From Perkinsela sp. CCAP 1560/9 (Eukaryota; Protista; Euglenozoa: Kinetoplastea), in the NCBI GenBank assembly GCA_965644495.1, contig CBFFSA010000006.1, forward strand, positions 806,001-870,000: a stretch of 64,000 nucleotides of DNA, read 5' to 3'. Below are positions 39,495 to 50,539 of the stretch, piece after piece. The position numbers and the translations under genes are program-made. The notes beneath the pieces were generated by a model. The model made no database searches, had not been told where the DNA came from, and saw only the letters and a list, made by a program, of their open reading frames with translations. The first letter of the stretch is position 1, and each line of letters starts with the position of its first letter.

Positions 39495-42209
39495 GTGACT
39501 TTGGGATCTACTATGGCGCATTTTAACACGCACAGCAGTGTTGAAAGGAATGGATCTTCGCTATTCAAGCCTGTGACAGGAACGACATCTAAGTCTACAT
39601 TGCCTCTTATAGCTCCTCCTGAAAATATGAGTGGTATGTTAGAAGAATTGCTGAAGATTCGCCCCTCCGAAGTCATCATGCACGCACTTGAAAATGTTGA
39701 AAAGCTTACAAGCTACAAAAAATGGAAGTCAAGAATTCTGCTTTTGACCTCTAATAGTTTGGCGCTTTTTCGTCATCATTCGAGTCTGCTTACGAATCGC
39801 CTTGCTCTAACGAGGTTTATTCCCTATTCCTCTATAACTGAAATGCTTTTCGATCCAACTCGTGACATCATTCTACTTCGAATGTGTTCCGCATCTCATG
39901 AACCCGATCTGTGCTTCCGAAGTGTGGAACATGCATCACGTATTGTACAAATATTGGGGCGATGTATAGAAGACGAGTGCGGTCACATATTATTTCCTCG
40001 AAATGAAGACCTTACAGAGAAAACCATTTTACAGAACTTTCAGCTTTCAAAGCCGAATGATTACTCTCCACGATTGCACTCCATTCCTACGTATGGAAGA
40101 GTTGGAACTTCATGTGTTCGAGCGCGCACCGTCTCTTCGTCGAAAATTGATTCTCACTTTCTCTTACTGCATGGTTTTTCTAAGGTTGTTGATCATATAT
40201 CGCGTCTTTGCAGTCTCTTTTCGCACGCCAGAAGCGAGCAAATTTTCACAGTGTCAGAAGAAGTGTGCGCTATTGAGATGCAACAAAGACTTGCCTCGGA
40301 ACGAGAAGCAATGATCATTCATATCAGGCCGTGGTATCCTAATCACTTCTCAGTTTCTAATATTTTGGACGATTTGTTACGAATATGTCAAATGGTCGAG
40401 GCTTCACCTTCATTGGATTCGGTCAAGTCCACAGTTTACGAAAAACTCAATGTGGACCAGAAGATCCTACACCTTCCGGACAGTAGCAATCAACAGGTGA
40501 ACAAAAATTATGTATGCTCTTCTCTTGCTTCAATTGAAAGTGATTCTGGAATCCTCTTTCTCCGCCATCTACTCAACAAATTGTATGATATACGAAGATA
40601 TCTTAGCAGACAACAAAATCATGTTGTGGACAAAACCTTGGAGCCATTCTTTCCGCACGAATGGAAATTGGAAAAATACTCGAACGCTTATCATTCTGAC
40701 TCCTTTCGGCTCATTCAAGACCAAATCACTACCGAAGTTAATGATGTGATCTACCGTATAACTGAAAGAGAGGTTGGTAAATACACTTCTGCAAGGACTT
40801 CTGCTCCCCATTTGTCGACATTTTTTTATTATGCTTTTAGCGTTTTTCCAAGAGAAGTACAGAATTCTATTCCGGTTAACAAGAATCCTTTCATTCATGG
40901 ACAACAGTATAGAGATCAGTCTCAATCTCGATGGATATCTTCTGATCATGATCTTGCTTCAATTTCGCTCTCCGTTATCGTTACAGGTATCGATGCCTTA
41001 TACCGCTTGACGCTCGAAAAATGTGACTATATGCTCGCGAGTGTTTCTCTACATGTCTCGCGTTCCGCAAGTTCACATTCATCGAATATCATGACGCATC
41101 CACTTCCAACACACCCTTTATCAGTTGCAGTAAAGGCACCCAGCTCCCACCCAACTTTGTGGAATATGCGTTGGGTTGCCCCTTCCCCTACCTCGGGTCC
41201 TACATCGCCTCTTCTGGCCTCAAAGATAGGACATGTTTTCCCTCCATGCAGCACTATGAGCACTCCGAGTAGACAGCTAACGTCCCGTGCATCGGCCCAA
41301 AGTTTAGACACATGCTCTACCGTAGAACTCGACACCACCACCATCCGTACTTCCTTATTTTCAGAATCCGTGCGACGAGGTCTCATGCGCTGGGTCTCAG
41401 AAGAAGACAAATCTGTTTCAGGAATTCCGTGGAACAACGAAGAAACAACATTGCAAATTTCTAAAAGGGACTACGGAAATCAGACTGTCAATAACAAGGT
41501 CAGTAAATCTTCTACGGATTCATTTTCTTTAGAAACCGCATCCAAAATTGCCCAGTATTTCTTATCCACTCAGGATGCGCTGCACGCTGCCTTTGCTGAA
41601 CATGAGTCACTGTTTGAGACGCAGAAATATTACGTGGAGCGAAAAATTAAGGCACATTTACAGGCAAGAGAACAATATCTTCGTGAACTTGAGTCTCGTA
41701 ATGCATCTTTTCTGAAAAATCTGCGTAAATACGAAGCAAGTTCCCAAGTTCTATCCGTTGTCCCGAGTTTTGTCACCCACTCTAAAATTCCTGAAAGGTC
41801 ACGAGTGACAGATGCCAAAGCGTTTACGCATATCCTAAATAGCGGCTTAATTCATTTCAATATGGCAGCCTTGTACACAGAAGCGAGGGATACAAAAACA
41901 AATCTTTATATAGCTTCTTTGAATTCTTTTGATCGGATTGTCTTGCATGAACTGGAGCAGTTGAAAGCGAATCAAAGCATACAAGAAAAAAGTGCCTTGG
42001 AGAATTTCCGCAATCTTCAACGACAAACACGAAGCAGAGAAGGTGCAGAAGTTCGTGAACGTCAAACAGCACTACACTTTGCAAACGTTTGCCGTATTTT
42101 GCAACACAACTACTCCTTCATGGAGGAACGCGATTCATTTCTCGTCGATCACTACGAATCTTGCATGGCACTCTATCACCTTTCTATAAAACGCATTCTG
42201 GATATCTGA
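39495..42209 (+). CDS. Large hypothetical protein, possible N-terminal PH-like fold and C-terminal coiled coil
   Basis: 904-aa ORF; KLTSYKKWKSRILLLT is PH-like; heptad-rich C-terminus. Confidence 0.7.
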   Translation: MTLGSTMAHFNTHSSVERNGSSLFKPVTGTTSKSTLPLIAPPENMSGMLEELLKIRPSEVIMHALENVEKLTSYKKWKSRILLLTSNSLALFRHHSSLLTNRLALTRFIPYSSITEMLFDPTRDIILLRMCSASHEPDLCFRSVEHASRIVQILGRCIEDECGHILFPRNEDLTEKTILQNFQLSKPNDYSPRLHSIPTYGRVGTSCVRARTVSSSKIDSHFLLLHGFSKVVDHISRLCSLFSHARSEQIFTVSEEVCAIEMQQRLASEREAMIIHIRPWYPNHFSVSNILDDLLRICQMVEASPSLDSVKSTVYEKLNVDQKILHLPDSSNQQVNKNYVCSSLASIESDSGILFLRHLLNKLYDIRRYLSRQQNHVVDKTLEPFFPHEWKLEKYSNAYHSDSFRLIQDQITTEVNDVIYRITEREVGKYTSARTSAPHLSTFFYYAFSVFPREVQNSIPVNKNPFIHGQQYRDQSQSRWISSDHDLASISLSVIVTGIDALYRLTLEKCDYMLASVSLHVSRSASSHSSNIMTHPLPTHPLSVAVKAPSSHPTLWNMRWVAPSPTSGPTSPLLASKIGHVFPPCSTMSTPSRQLTSRASAQSLDTCSTVELDTTTIRTSLFSESVRRGLMRWVSEEDKSVSGIPWNNEETTLQISKRDYGNQTVNNKVSKSSTDSFSLETASKIAQYFLSTQDALHAAFAEHESLFETQKYYVERKIKAHLQAREQYLRELESRNASFLKNLRKYEASSQVLSVVPSFVTHSKIPERSRVTDAKAFTHILNSGLIHFNMAALYTEARDTKTNLYIASLNSFDRIVLHELEQLKANQSIQEKSALENFRNLQRQTRSREGAEVRERQTALHFANVCRILQHNYSFMEERDSFLVDHYESCMALYHLSIKRILDI

Positions 42210-42289
42210 CTTTTCGCTGAATCTACAATGACGTAAATCTAATACTTTTCATGACCAAATATCATATCTTCTACCCTTTACGAAAATTT

Positions 42290-43410
42290 ACGCGCTCCAA
42301 TAAGGTCCTCACCAACCTGCTTTATCTCACTCTTCCCTACGTTTCTCTCCCTTTTCTTACCCTCTGCCCCCCCCCTCTCCTCCATGTCCCGCTACCTCCA
42401 CACCCTCCCCCACTTCACCGCGTGCCCCAAACCCTGGAACGACTACCTCTCCCTTCTCACCAAACACGACACCCCCCCCTACCCCGCCTCCCCCCTCGAG
42501 GCCCCCATGTACCGCGGTCGCAAACGCGGCCCCGAGGGCTGGCTCGCCGGGGAGGCCATCCAGCTCCACTACCACCGTTTCCCCGACGAGCACCTCTTCT
42601 GTTCCCTGAACCGTTGGCGCCTCGGCGACCTCACCGGGGACCTTGCCCTGCAGCAATTCCGTAACGCCCAGCCCCACCCCTTACTCGACCACGACACCCA
42701 CCACCTCTCCTCCCCCGACGCCGAGGCCTTTCTCAAATTAAACTTCAAAAACCCCAAAGTCTTTGCGCGGTACCTCACCCGCGCCGGGACCCACTACCCC
42801 CGGGACACGCTCAAGATCTCCCCCGAGGCCCACAAGCGGCTCTGCGCCGCGGTGGTCCAGGCCAAGACCCTCGGGCTGTTCCCGAAGCACGGCAACCCGT
42901 TCTGGCACCGCCTGCAGCGGGACAAGCCCCGGGCCTACTGCGCGGCCTACGAACCCGACCACGCGAGCACGCGGCAGACCATGGAGCAGTTCTGCTTCCA
43001 CTGGCTGCAGACGCACCGCATTAAAGGGTACTTTGAGGGGAGGGAGGAGGCACGGAGGGCTCGGGGGATGACGAGTGTGCGACCGAGCCAGCGTATGATG
43101 GAGGGGGGGTATGAGGTGCGGACGAACTATGAGCGGCGGCAGGAGGGGAAGGTGCCACGGGGTCCGTTGACCGGGGTGGAGCATAGGGTGGTGGGGAGTA
43201 CGAAGGAGACGAAGGTGCCGGGGTTGATGTCGGCGGCGGGGTTGAGGAGGAATCCGTTTCTGTGGGCGTCGGATCGGAAGAAGAGGATTGGGTTTAGGAA
43301 TGTGTTTGAGTTTAAGTTGATTTAAGGAAAGGGGCGGTGGGGGATACGGAGGTGGTGGTGTGTTTCGTGGAGGTGATGTGTACTTTGTGGTTTCGTGGGT
43401 AGGTTTTTTT
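42290..43410. other. GC-skew switch island 2
   Basis: C-ending codons in the 5' half and G/T-ending codons in the 3' half of one gene; the skew extends into both flanks. Confidence 0.9.
42384..43325 (+). CDS. Mitochondrial ribosomal protein bS18m-like (extended kinetoplastid form)
   Basis: S18 core LNFKNPKVFARYLTRAG.HYPR....SPEAHKRL..AV.QAKTLGLFP within 313 aa. Confidence 0.75.
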   Translation: MSRYLHTLPHFTACPKPWNDYLSLLTKHDTPPYPASPLEAPMYRGRKRGPEGWLAGEAIQLHYHRFPDEHLFCSLNRWRLGDLTGDLALQQFRNAQPHPLLDHDTHHLSSPDAEAFLKLNFKNPKVFARYLTRAGTHYPRDTLKISPEAHKRLCAAVVQAKTLGLFPKHGNPFWHRLQRDKPRAYCAAYEPDHASTRQTMEQFCFHWLQTHRIKGYFEGREEARRARGMTSVRPSQRMMEGGYEVRTNYERRQEGKVPRGPLTGVEHRVVGSTKETKVPGLMSAAGLRRNPFLWASDRKKRIGFRNVFEFKLI

Positions 43411-43589
43411 AAACGCATGTTTATTCAACTGTAGTTATTCAACGGTAAGCGGACGTGAATATGCGGACCGTCATAAAGGACGACCATGTACATGCGTGCA
43501 TGGTGCATCGAGTCATAAAAGGTGCCCGATTTAGCCGACTTCTTGTACATATTGAAACGAATTTCACTTTTGTTCCTTAATTAATTTTT

Positions 43590-45119
43590 ATGCCGGCTCG
43601 TTTTGAAAAACTGTCTCGCTTGGGTGAAGGAACTTATAGTATCGTGTATAAGTGCCGCGACCGCTCCAATGATAGCTGCGTTGTGGCTGTTAAAGTCATT
43701 CGACCTCAACTCTCTTCTGTTGAAGATCAGCTACACTGTCAAAAGCGTCGAGTATTGCGCCATCGCAGAGCCAGTTCCGTACCTTCGGGCTCAAGTAAAG
43801 AAGTCCCGGATTCTTTTGAGACGCTCACTAAAGATGTGTTACAATACGACGAAGGCCTCGCGTACTCTGACTCTGATCAAACTTCACTTTCAAGCTCTTA
43901 TCTCTCTGATGACTGTGAAAGTGCGGCTTCTCCGGACGATTACGACTCTACATTCGTTGACCTTGTCTACGATCGTCTCCATGTGTCGAAGAGAGGAAAA
44001 TTTGATCGTCCCTTACCTAGCATCCGACCGAAGACTCCTTCCTTTTCTCCCTGTCTTATTCCAAGCACAACCCTTCGTGAGTGTGCCATACTTCGCTCAC
44101 TACCGCCTCATCCTAATATTGTAACGCTGTTCGAAATAATATCCTCAGACGTCGAATCCCCATGGACACGAGTGCTAACACCTGCAAAACCTCAACACAA
44201 GGAAGAGACGAACTCCAGACGACGTACTCAATCTGTGCGAGCTGAGTCTCGATCACGTCCGTCGTTGTCCAGTCCCATCTGTATGGTGTTTGAATATTTA
44301 CCTTTTGACCTGCGCCGTGCGCTAAATACCCACCCGAATCATTTTTCGTTAAGTGTTTGTAAATCCCTATTTCACCAACTTTTATTTGCTACTCGGCATC
44401 TTCACCTCCATGGGATTTATCATCGCGATATTAAGCCGCATAATATTTTACTCAACGCAGATCTTACGGTATCGAAGCTGACAGATTTTAACCTGAGCCG
44501 TCTGGAGACGGGGTCTCGATGGGAAGATCGGCTTCGCGAGCCCTTTACAAATACTGTCGTTACTTTATGGTATCGTTGTCCAGAGGTCATCTTGGGTTCC
44601 ACCGTCTATGAGGGAGGAGTCGATATGTGGTCACTTGGCTGTGTGCTGTATGACTTAACCCATCCGAAATCTCGACCCATTTTTGCAGCCCACACGGAGA
44701 TTGAAATGTTATTTCGTATTTTTCACCTTTTTGGCACGCCACAGTGTGGAGGTACAGGACTTACGTGTCGTGCTACACGTAAAAGTGGTTCTTTAGATGT
44801 GAAAAAGAGTCAAATTTCTTCAGACGCTGAAAATGAATTCAACTTTAACCAAAAAGGAACGTCAAAAAGGAACGTTCGCAATCACTTGCCTAATCAGCCT
44901 ATTGACTCAGAATTCTTAAATCTTTGTCAGCTTTCTGGATTTTGTTCACATTTTCCAAAGTGGCCAGCACCAATTATTGATGAGGAGTGGTGGAGTAAAG
45001 TAGCTCCTAATTTGGACTCAGGTGGGCGTGATTTATTTTTGCACCTCCTTCAACCGGAACCTCAGAATCGCATTTCTGTAGCTGCTGCTTGTTCTCACCC
45101 TTGGTTTTTTTGTTCCTAA
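43590..45119 (+). CDS. CDK-family (CRK) Ser/Thr kinase with long inserts
   Basis: LGEGTYSIVYK, VAVK, PSTTLRE, HRDIKPHN, DFN, VVTLWYRCPE, DMWSLGC. Confidence 0.9.
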   Translation: MPARFEKLSRLGEGTYSIVYKCRDRSNDSCVVAVKVIRPQLSSVEDQLHCQKRRVLRHRRASSVPSGSSKEVPDSFETLTKDVLQYDEGLAYSDSDQTSLSSSYLSDDCESAASPDDYDSTFVDLVYDRLHVSKRGKFDRPLPSIRPKTPSFSPCLIPSTTLRECAILRSLPPHPNIVTLFEIISSDVESPWTRVLTPAKPQHKEETNSRRRTQSVRAESRSRPSLSSPICMVFEYLPFDLRRALNTHPNHFSLSVCKSLFHQLLFATRHLHLHGIYHRDIKPHNILLNADLTVSKLTDFNLSRLETGSRWEDRLREPFTNTVVTLWYRCPEVILGSTVYEGGVDMWSLGCVLYDLTHPKSRPIFAAHTEIEMLFRIFHLFGTPQCGGTGLTCRATRKSGSLDVKKSQISSDAENEFNFNQKGTSKRNVRNHLPNQPIDSEFLNLCQLSGFCSHFPKWPAPIIDEEWWSKVAPNLDSGGRDLFLHLLQPEPQNRISVAAACSHPWFFCS

Positions 45120-45507
45120 AGTTGTTCCTAAAGTTTCCTAAACTTCCTAAAGTTGTTTGCTTCATAGCAAAACTTTTAATGTGAGCATACATGTATATTT
45201 CTTCAACTTGCTTTGATATCACTTGCCAACATTGCTTTTTTTTGCTTTTTTGAACACATCATGTGTGTCGTCACAATAATCATTTTTCATTTTGATTTAC
45301 GCCTTGCACTCAAACTGATACTGAAAATTGTATGCCACTATATTATCACCTGTGTTTATTTTGCCACATGTACTACTGTCAACTGTCTACTGTGTTTTAC
45401 GCCTTCGATAGTGCTTACATGGCTTTTTACTAAACGAAGTTTTTTTGATAAAAGTTCTTATTTCAATTCTCAAATACATGTAGGGTTGCATTCAGTAATC
45501 TAAAACT

Positions 45508-46287
45508 ATGATTCCTAGTTCTTCAATACCTCAAGACGACGCTAGATCTGTGGATTCTGAAACAGACAATGATACTGAGGTTACTTTTCTCGTAGAGGAG
45601 ACTCAAGTTGTGAATTCAGCTATAGGTAACTCTTTCTTGACTAACAAAAGCCCAACGCCTACTGAAGATCGTAAAGAGAACCTTATCGCACCTACTTCGA
45701 CGGCTGAAGCTGATGACACGAATTTTCATATGGAACAGGATATAGAGGAAGGTGAAGTTCAATTTATCCTTCCTGAATCGGAAGGTGCTGCACACGCTTC
45801 GTTGGATACGGATGTAAATCTTGATTCCGAGATTTCTGATACGAAATGGGATCCTAAAGGTGTGATTCCTGAATTACCAACCCACCGTGTAGGACTGACA
45901 TTAACTCCCTCCATGCTGGGATACGACATGAAAATCATGCACGATCGTCCCTGGATTCAAAATCCGGAAACCCTACCACAGTACTTTAATTATGGATTTG
46001 ATGAAAAGAGTTGGACGAAGTATATACAACTTCACTCACGCGGCTCGCAGTCCCTCCTAGAAAAAGCGAACGAGCAAATGGACGAAAGAAGTCGTCCGCA
46101 TCTATCGACCCCGAGTGGAGCAGGGTGTCGTATTCGCACCGTGGGTCAACAGTCATCCAATAGAACTGCAAAACGTATCCATACGAGTCAAGAATCTGTT
46201 TCTCATCCAAAGTACTATTCAGAGACCCGAGATATCCCTAAACCAGGAACAAAAAAATTCCGTCCCGTTACACGCGGCTCTTCGTAA
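45508..46287 (+). CDS. FIP1: Polyadenylation factor Fip1
   Basis: RPW.......YFNYGFDEKSWTKY Fip1 motif after an acidic N-terminus. Confidence 0.85.
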   Translation: MIPSSSIPQDDARSVDSETDNDTEVTFLVEETQVVNSAIGNSFLTNKSPTPTEDRKENLIAPTSTAEADDTNFHMEQDIEEGEVQFILPESEGAAHASLDTDVNLDSEISDTKWDPKGVIPELPTHRVGLTLTPSMLGYDMKIMHDRPWIQNPETLPQYFNYGFDEKSWTKYIQLHSRGSQSLLEKANEQMDERSRPHLSTPSGAGCRIRTVGQQSSNRTAKRIHTSQESVSHPKYYSETRDIPKPGTKKFRPVTRGSS

Positions 46288-46522
46288 ACTGTTTTATACA
46301 TTCAATTTCTAATTGATTTGAATGGACCACTTAAAAAGGCCACTACGGTCTCTGTTTAATAATTTCTGAAGTGACTTTTCATTTCAGCTGCCTTCACAAC
46401 AAAGCAAAATTATTGTTTTCAAAATAGCCTTTCATACTACAGTGACCACTGAACACAAAACAAAACAATTCTCTGCCTTTCTTTGTTTTAATAACAAACA
46501 GAACCCTCCTCTTACTTGCAGA

Positions 46523-47407
46523 ATGGCTGAGTACACCCCTTTGCTTTCCAAAGTGCGAACGTTACAGCAGTTCGCACGCAACACTCTGCAGTCCGTTCGT
46601 GACGAACTGACCATGGGAAAGCCACCCACTCAGCCGATTTCCTCTTCTGTGAGTGTGCCTCGTGAGGAGAGTAGTTTGCTCACCACAAGCAAACGCTCCA
46701 CGCGGCGAAAATCGGGGGAGGGGAAAATTCCTTATCCGACCGAGGCACAGCTCTCGGTGCTCCCGGGGCGCTGGGCGCGTCTTTACGAGGCGCTATGGAA
46801 ACTCTCCACCTACCCCATGAGTGCTCCTTTTTTATTTCCCATTCACGAGATGTACACCCCGGAGTCTCTGGTGGGGTACGACAATGTGATTCAACACCCG
46901 ATGGATCTACGCACGGTTTTAGGGCGAATTCTCCATCGACGCTACACCTCGGAGGATCAGGTCTATACGGATTTGTGTTTAATTGCCTCGAATTGTGAGC
47001 TTTTTAATGGCTCCAGTCACCCACTGGTCACAACCAACGTAAAACCGTTTCGTGAGGAGGTAGATGCGATATGGAAGGGCTTATATCCCGGGGCGATGTT
47101 GCCACGGGCTGCCTCCCGTTCGTTGCTTTCGCGCAGCCACTCAAGGGAGCTGGCGCCGGAGTACGTCGTGTTGCGGGAACGGGTGAAGGCACGGATCGAG
47201 AAACTGCAGGAGAGGGAGCCGGAAGGTATGGAAGAGCTTTTGGACGTGATTAATCGTGAGGCGCCACAGGCTATGGCTCCGGATGAGGACGGGGATATCG
47301 TTTTGAACTTGGAGGAACTTACCGACCCTGTGCGACTCCAGAAAATTGATTCGTATTTGGCGGTAAAGCTTGAAAGTTCAGCGGAGGCAAAGCGACAAAA
47401 GCGATAA
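46523..47407 (+). CDS. Bromodomain factor with a C-terminal ET-like domain
   Basis: SAPFLFPI...GYDNVIQHPMDL.T...Y...DL.LIASNC..FNG; C-terminal IEKL..MEELLDVI...DGDIVLNLEEL. The ATG follows a pyrimidine tract and AG. Confidence 0.85.
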   Translation: MAEYTPLLSKVRTLQQFARNTLQSVRDELTMGKPPTQPISSSVSVPREESSLLTTSKRSTRRKSGEGKIPYPTEAQLSVLPGRWARLYEALWKLSTYPMSAPFLFPIHEMYTPESLVGYDNVIQHPMDLRTVLGRILHRRYTSEDQVYTDLCLIASNCELFNGSSHPLVTTNVKPFREEVDAIWKGLYPGAMLPRAASRSLLSRSHSRELAPEYVVLRERVKARIEKLQEREPEGMEELLDVINREAPQAMAPDEDGDIVLNLEELTDPVRLQKIDSYLAVKLESSAEAKRQKR

Positions 47408-47840
47408 CGCTTTGTATCAACCGCAACTAGTTTATTCATGTTCATTTTTTTCACCTTTTACAGGCGTGAATTATATGGGCGTTTGAAATAAAGCTCCATC
47501 TTTCCATACTTTTTTAAATTTGTCTTTCAAGTTTTTCCAAGCCACATCAAGTGCATTTTGAGCTTTGTCATTTTGTTCTCATCCACCATCCTTGCGATAG
47601 GAAGTTCGGTTTTATCGCTTGTTACATGTTTCCCTATTAGTCACTTTGGGGTTTTTCTCGTCCCGCAAATTTTTATTATCACCTTCTCTTCGATTTCTAT
47701 TGATCTATTTTCATAAACACTGTTTTTTCTATTAGCAAATTTGCCACGCAGCTTATCTTTATTTTGGTTTTAAGTTGACTTGTCTAGCCTTGGGTATCTT
47801 TCATGAATGTAGCGACCTTAGTTTCTAGCGTGCAAGTTGT

Positions 47841-48725
47841 ATGTTGCAGAACGCTAGGTTAACGCAATTTTGTGCAGAAATGAAGTCTTTTCGCGATCTC
47901 TTTCCGCTCTCTGTTCTGTATGACATGCGTTACATAGCTTTCGGCTTTTTCCTGGGGAAATCAGTTTTGTCTACAGTCTCGTTTTGTCGTGTAGCAGGTG
48001 GTTCCATGCATCCTACCCTTCGTGAGAGCACAGGTGATATTGTTCTGCTGTGGAACATTAATTCTATTCGGCATTTTTTAGCTCTTTCAAATAAAGCTTT
48101 AGCACTTCAAAAAGGGGTTATTTCTGCAATAAAACATAATTTTTCAAGCGGAGAAAATGGTGAAAATAATTTTTTAAACAGTGATTCCGATCACCTAAAT
48201 ACTTCTGAGGAAGAAGAGGAATTTGGAGGAGTAAAAAGAAGTGGTGCTTTGCTTCATAGCTCTGAAGCATGCGATCCTTGCTCAACTGCTCTGACAAGAG
48301 GTGCGATTTATGTCCTCTGGCACCCATCTCGTCGGTACAGAATTATCAAACGACTTCGATGGTTAAGTGGTGATATCATTCATCTACCTGAGTTCGCCTC
48401 CTACGATATCCCAAACGTACAGAAGAAAAATCATATTTCTTTAGTCTCATCAACTTCCACTTTTGCTGATTCGGAACATCGATTCGATAACGTAAATAAT
48501 CATTTATCTGGTACGCTACTTTCAGAGTATGAAGATACTCTCCCTAATTCAGCAGAATGTTATCATATTCCTTCACAACATATATGGGTGCAAGGAGATA
48601 ACCGAAACACATCGGAAGATTCTCGTACGTATGGCGCTATTCCTTTTGATGCACTCATAGGGCGTGCAGTTGCAATAGTGTGGCCACCATCAAGATTTTC
48701 TTTTCTTCCCACTTTAGAAATTTAA
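47841..48725 (+). CDS. Mitochondrial inner membrane peptidase IMP1/IMP2-type (S26)
   Basis: GGSMHPTL (Ser), IIKRL (Lys), WVQGDN...SEDSRTYGAIP, IVWPP. Confidence 0.9.
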   Translation: MLQNARLTQFCAEMKSFRDLFPLSVLYDMRYIAFGFFLGKSVLSTVSFCRVAGGSMHPTLRESTGDIVLLWNINSIRHFLALSNKALALQKGVISAIKHNFSSGENGENNFLNSDSDHLNTSEEEEEFGGVKRSGALLHSSEACDPCSTALTRGAIYVLWHPSRRYRIIKRLRWLSGDIIHLPEFASYDIPNVQKKNHISLVSSTSTFADSEHRFDNVNNHLSGTLLSEYEDTLPNSAECYHIPSQHIWVQGDNRNTSEDSRTYGAIPFDALIGRAVAIVWPPSRFSFLPTLEI

Positions 48726-48954
48726 CATTGTTCGACTTGAAATGCATTACTGTTTCTTACGCGACGGATTAATCAAGGAATGTCCTCCGTGAGAGCAGAA
48801 GCGTTCCTCCTGAACTCTTTTTGAGCTCACATTCAGAACGCCATTTCTAAAACTGAAAAATAATTGTCCAATATTTTTCTTCCCGACATTATGGGAAGAT
48901 GCGAGTGAAGCATCGCAATTTTGAAACAATTATTTATTAAGACTTCTTCGCCCC

Positions 48955-49899
48955 ATGTTTTTAGCTTTATCTTGTGCATTATCGCATTGTAAAAGTGTTT
49001 TTTACTGCACCCTACTCTGCACTTCGAACATGAACTCTACCAACTCCTCAACAACTTCATTTCCGTTTCAGTCTTCGCCTAACGGCACCACGTCCGTGAT
49101 ACAGAACAAAACATCTCATAAAACTATCAAGAGATCGCATTCGTCCCCGCACCTGAATCGTACCTCAGTCATCCGCCATTATGGTAAGAAAATACGAGGC
49201 GCTCAATTTTCTTCTGAACTACTTTTCTCTCTTTTTATTTCGAATATCTCTCGACATACGGACGACAAATGGCATACGACTTATCCACCATGCCATTGGC
49301 CAGGAGTACAATGTAACGACGAATCACATATTACATCCATTAACTGGTTTCGCTATTCTCTGTCTGGCACTCTCACGTGGAAGTACATTCCTTCAACGCT
49401 AGTTGCATTCCGCGTCGGGGTGAACCAGTTAAAAGGAAGTATTTTTTCCTTCTCTCTTCCTTCTCAATTAAAGACGTTACACTTCAACATTAACGATTTT
49501 TCTGGAGATTTTTCTTTGTCTCAGCTACCGCGCAGCATGTGTTACGTTCGGGGTCAACAAAATGCTCTTTCCGGGGATCTTGACCTAACGGAACTCCCGC
49601 CTCCAATCGTTGAATTAAGGCTTTCACAAAACAACTTTAGCGGCAGTATCGCTTTAAATAGTCTTCCTGAACATTTGGAATGGCTCATGCTTGGTTCTAA
49701 CTTTTTGGAGGGATCGCTCTGCGTTGATTATCTACCTAAGTCTTTGATTTGGCTTGAATTAAAGAGGAACCATTTTAGTGGCGTTGTTCACGCTCATGAT
49801 CTTCCAAATGCTCTTGTGACATTTGAACTACAAGGCAATAAGATTACAGAGGTTATAGGATTGGATATCTCCAAGAAAAGGTATTGCATTGTCCTTTAA
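48955..49899 (+). CDS. Leucine-rich repeat protein with a CxWxGVxC cap
   Basis: PCHWPGVQC cap and LPxxLxxLxLxxNxFSG repeats. Confidence 0.9.
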   Translation: MFLALSCALSHCKSVFYCTLLCTSNMNSTNSSTTSFPFQSSPNGTTSVIQNKTSHKTIKRSHSSPHLNRTSVIRHYGKKIRGAQFSSELLFSLFISNISRHTDDKWHTTYPPCHWPGVQCNDESHITSINWFRYSLSGTLTWKYIPSTLVAFRVGVNQLKGSIFSFSLPSQLKTLHFNINDFSGDFSLSQLPRSMCYVRGQQNALSGDLDLTELPPPIVELRLSQNNFSGSIALNSLPEHLEWLMLGSNFLEGSLCVDYLPKSLIWLELKRNHFSGVVHAHDLPNALVTFELQGNKITEVIGLDISKKRYCIVL

Positions 49900-50539
49900 G
49901 TGGTGAGTTTATATCCATTATGTACATCTACATTGAGTAGGCACCACAATTCTTTACTTCTTTTTCGTTACTTCTTTTTCTTTACATTAATTTTTAGTCT
50001 TCCTTCTCATAAATTATAGAGTAGTTTTTGAGATAGTTTTTTATATTCTTTTCTTCGAGTATATTTTATGAATTTCATGATAGAGCAATATAGAGTATAA
50101 AACCAATGTAAGAGTATGCTATTTTTCGAATAGTTTTTTACATTTCTTGCTGCAAAACTTTTTTTATTTTTTAACACGTCAACTTTTTTATGGCAGTAGT
50201 GCAATTTTTGGTTTAAAGTATCTTTTGGAGTCTTTTTTTCTATTGCTTAAAAAATTCGATTTGAGTCTGTACAGTCCTTGCTTCAAACGGAACAACATTT
50301 ACTCATTAACATGTGTATCTGTATTTGATTCTTAGAGAAACGTTGTTTCTTATTTTTGACTTTTATACTTTTATGTGTTTTAGGCAATTTGCCATGGATA
50401 TCAACTTACTGGTTTATACTTGTTTTAATTTCTCTTCCTGTATTCTCGAATTTTTTTGAAGCCAACAAATAGTGATTTCCATAAAAACGGTTATTTTTAT
50501 AACACGGTTATTGGCTACAATAGAATTTAGTTATCTAAC

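Noticed and set aside
42251-43418. Overlapping ORFs on both strands around the bS18m gene
   Set aside because: Same compositional artefact; only 42384-43325 has a recognisable domain.
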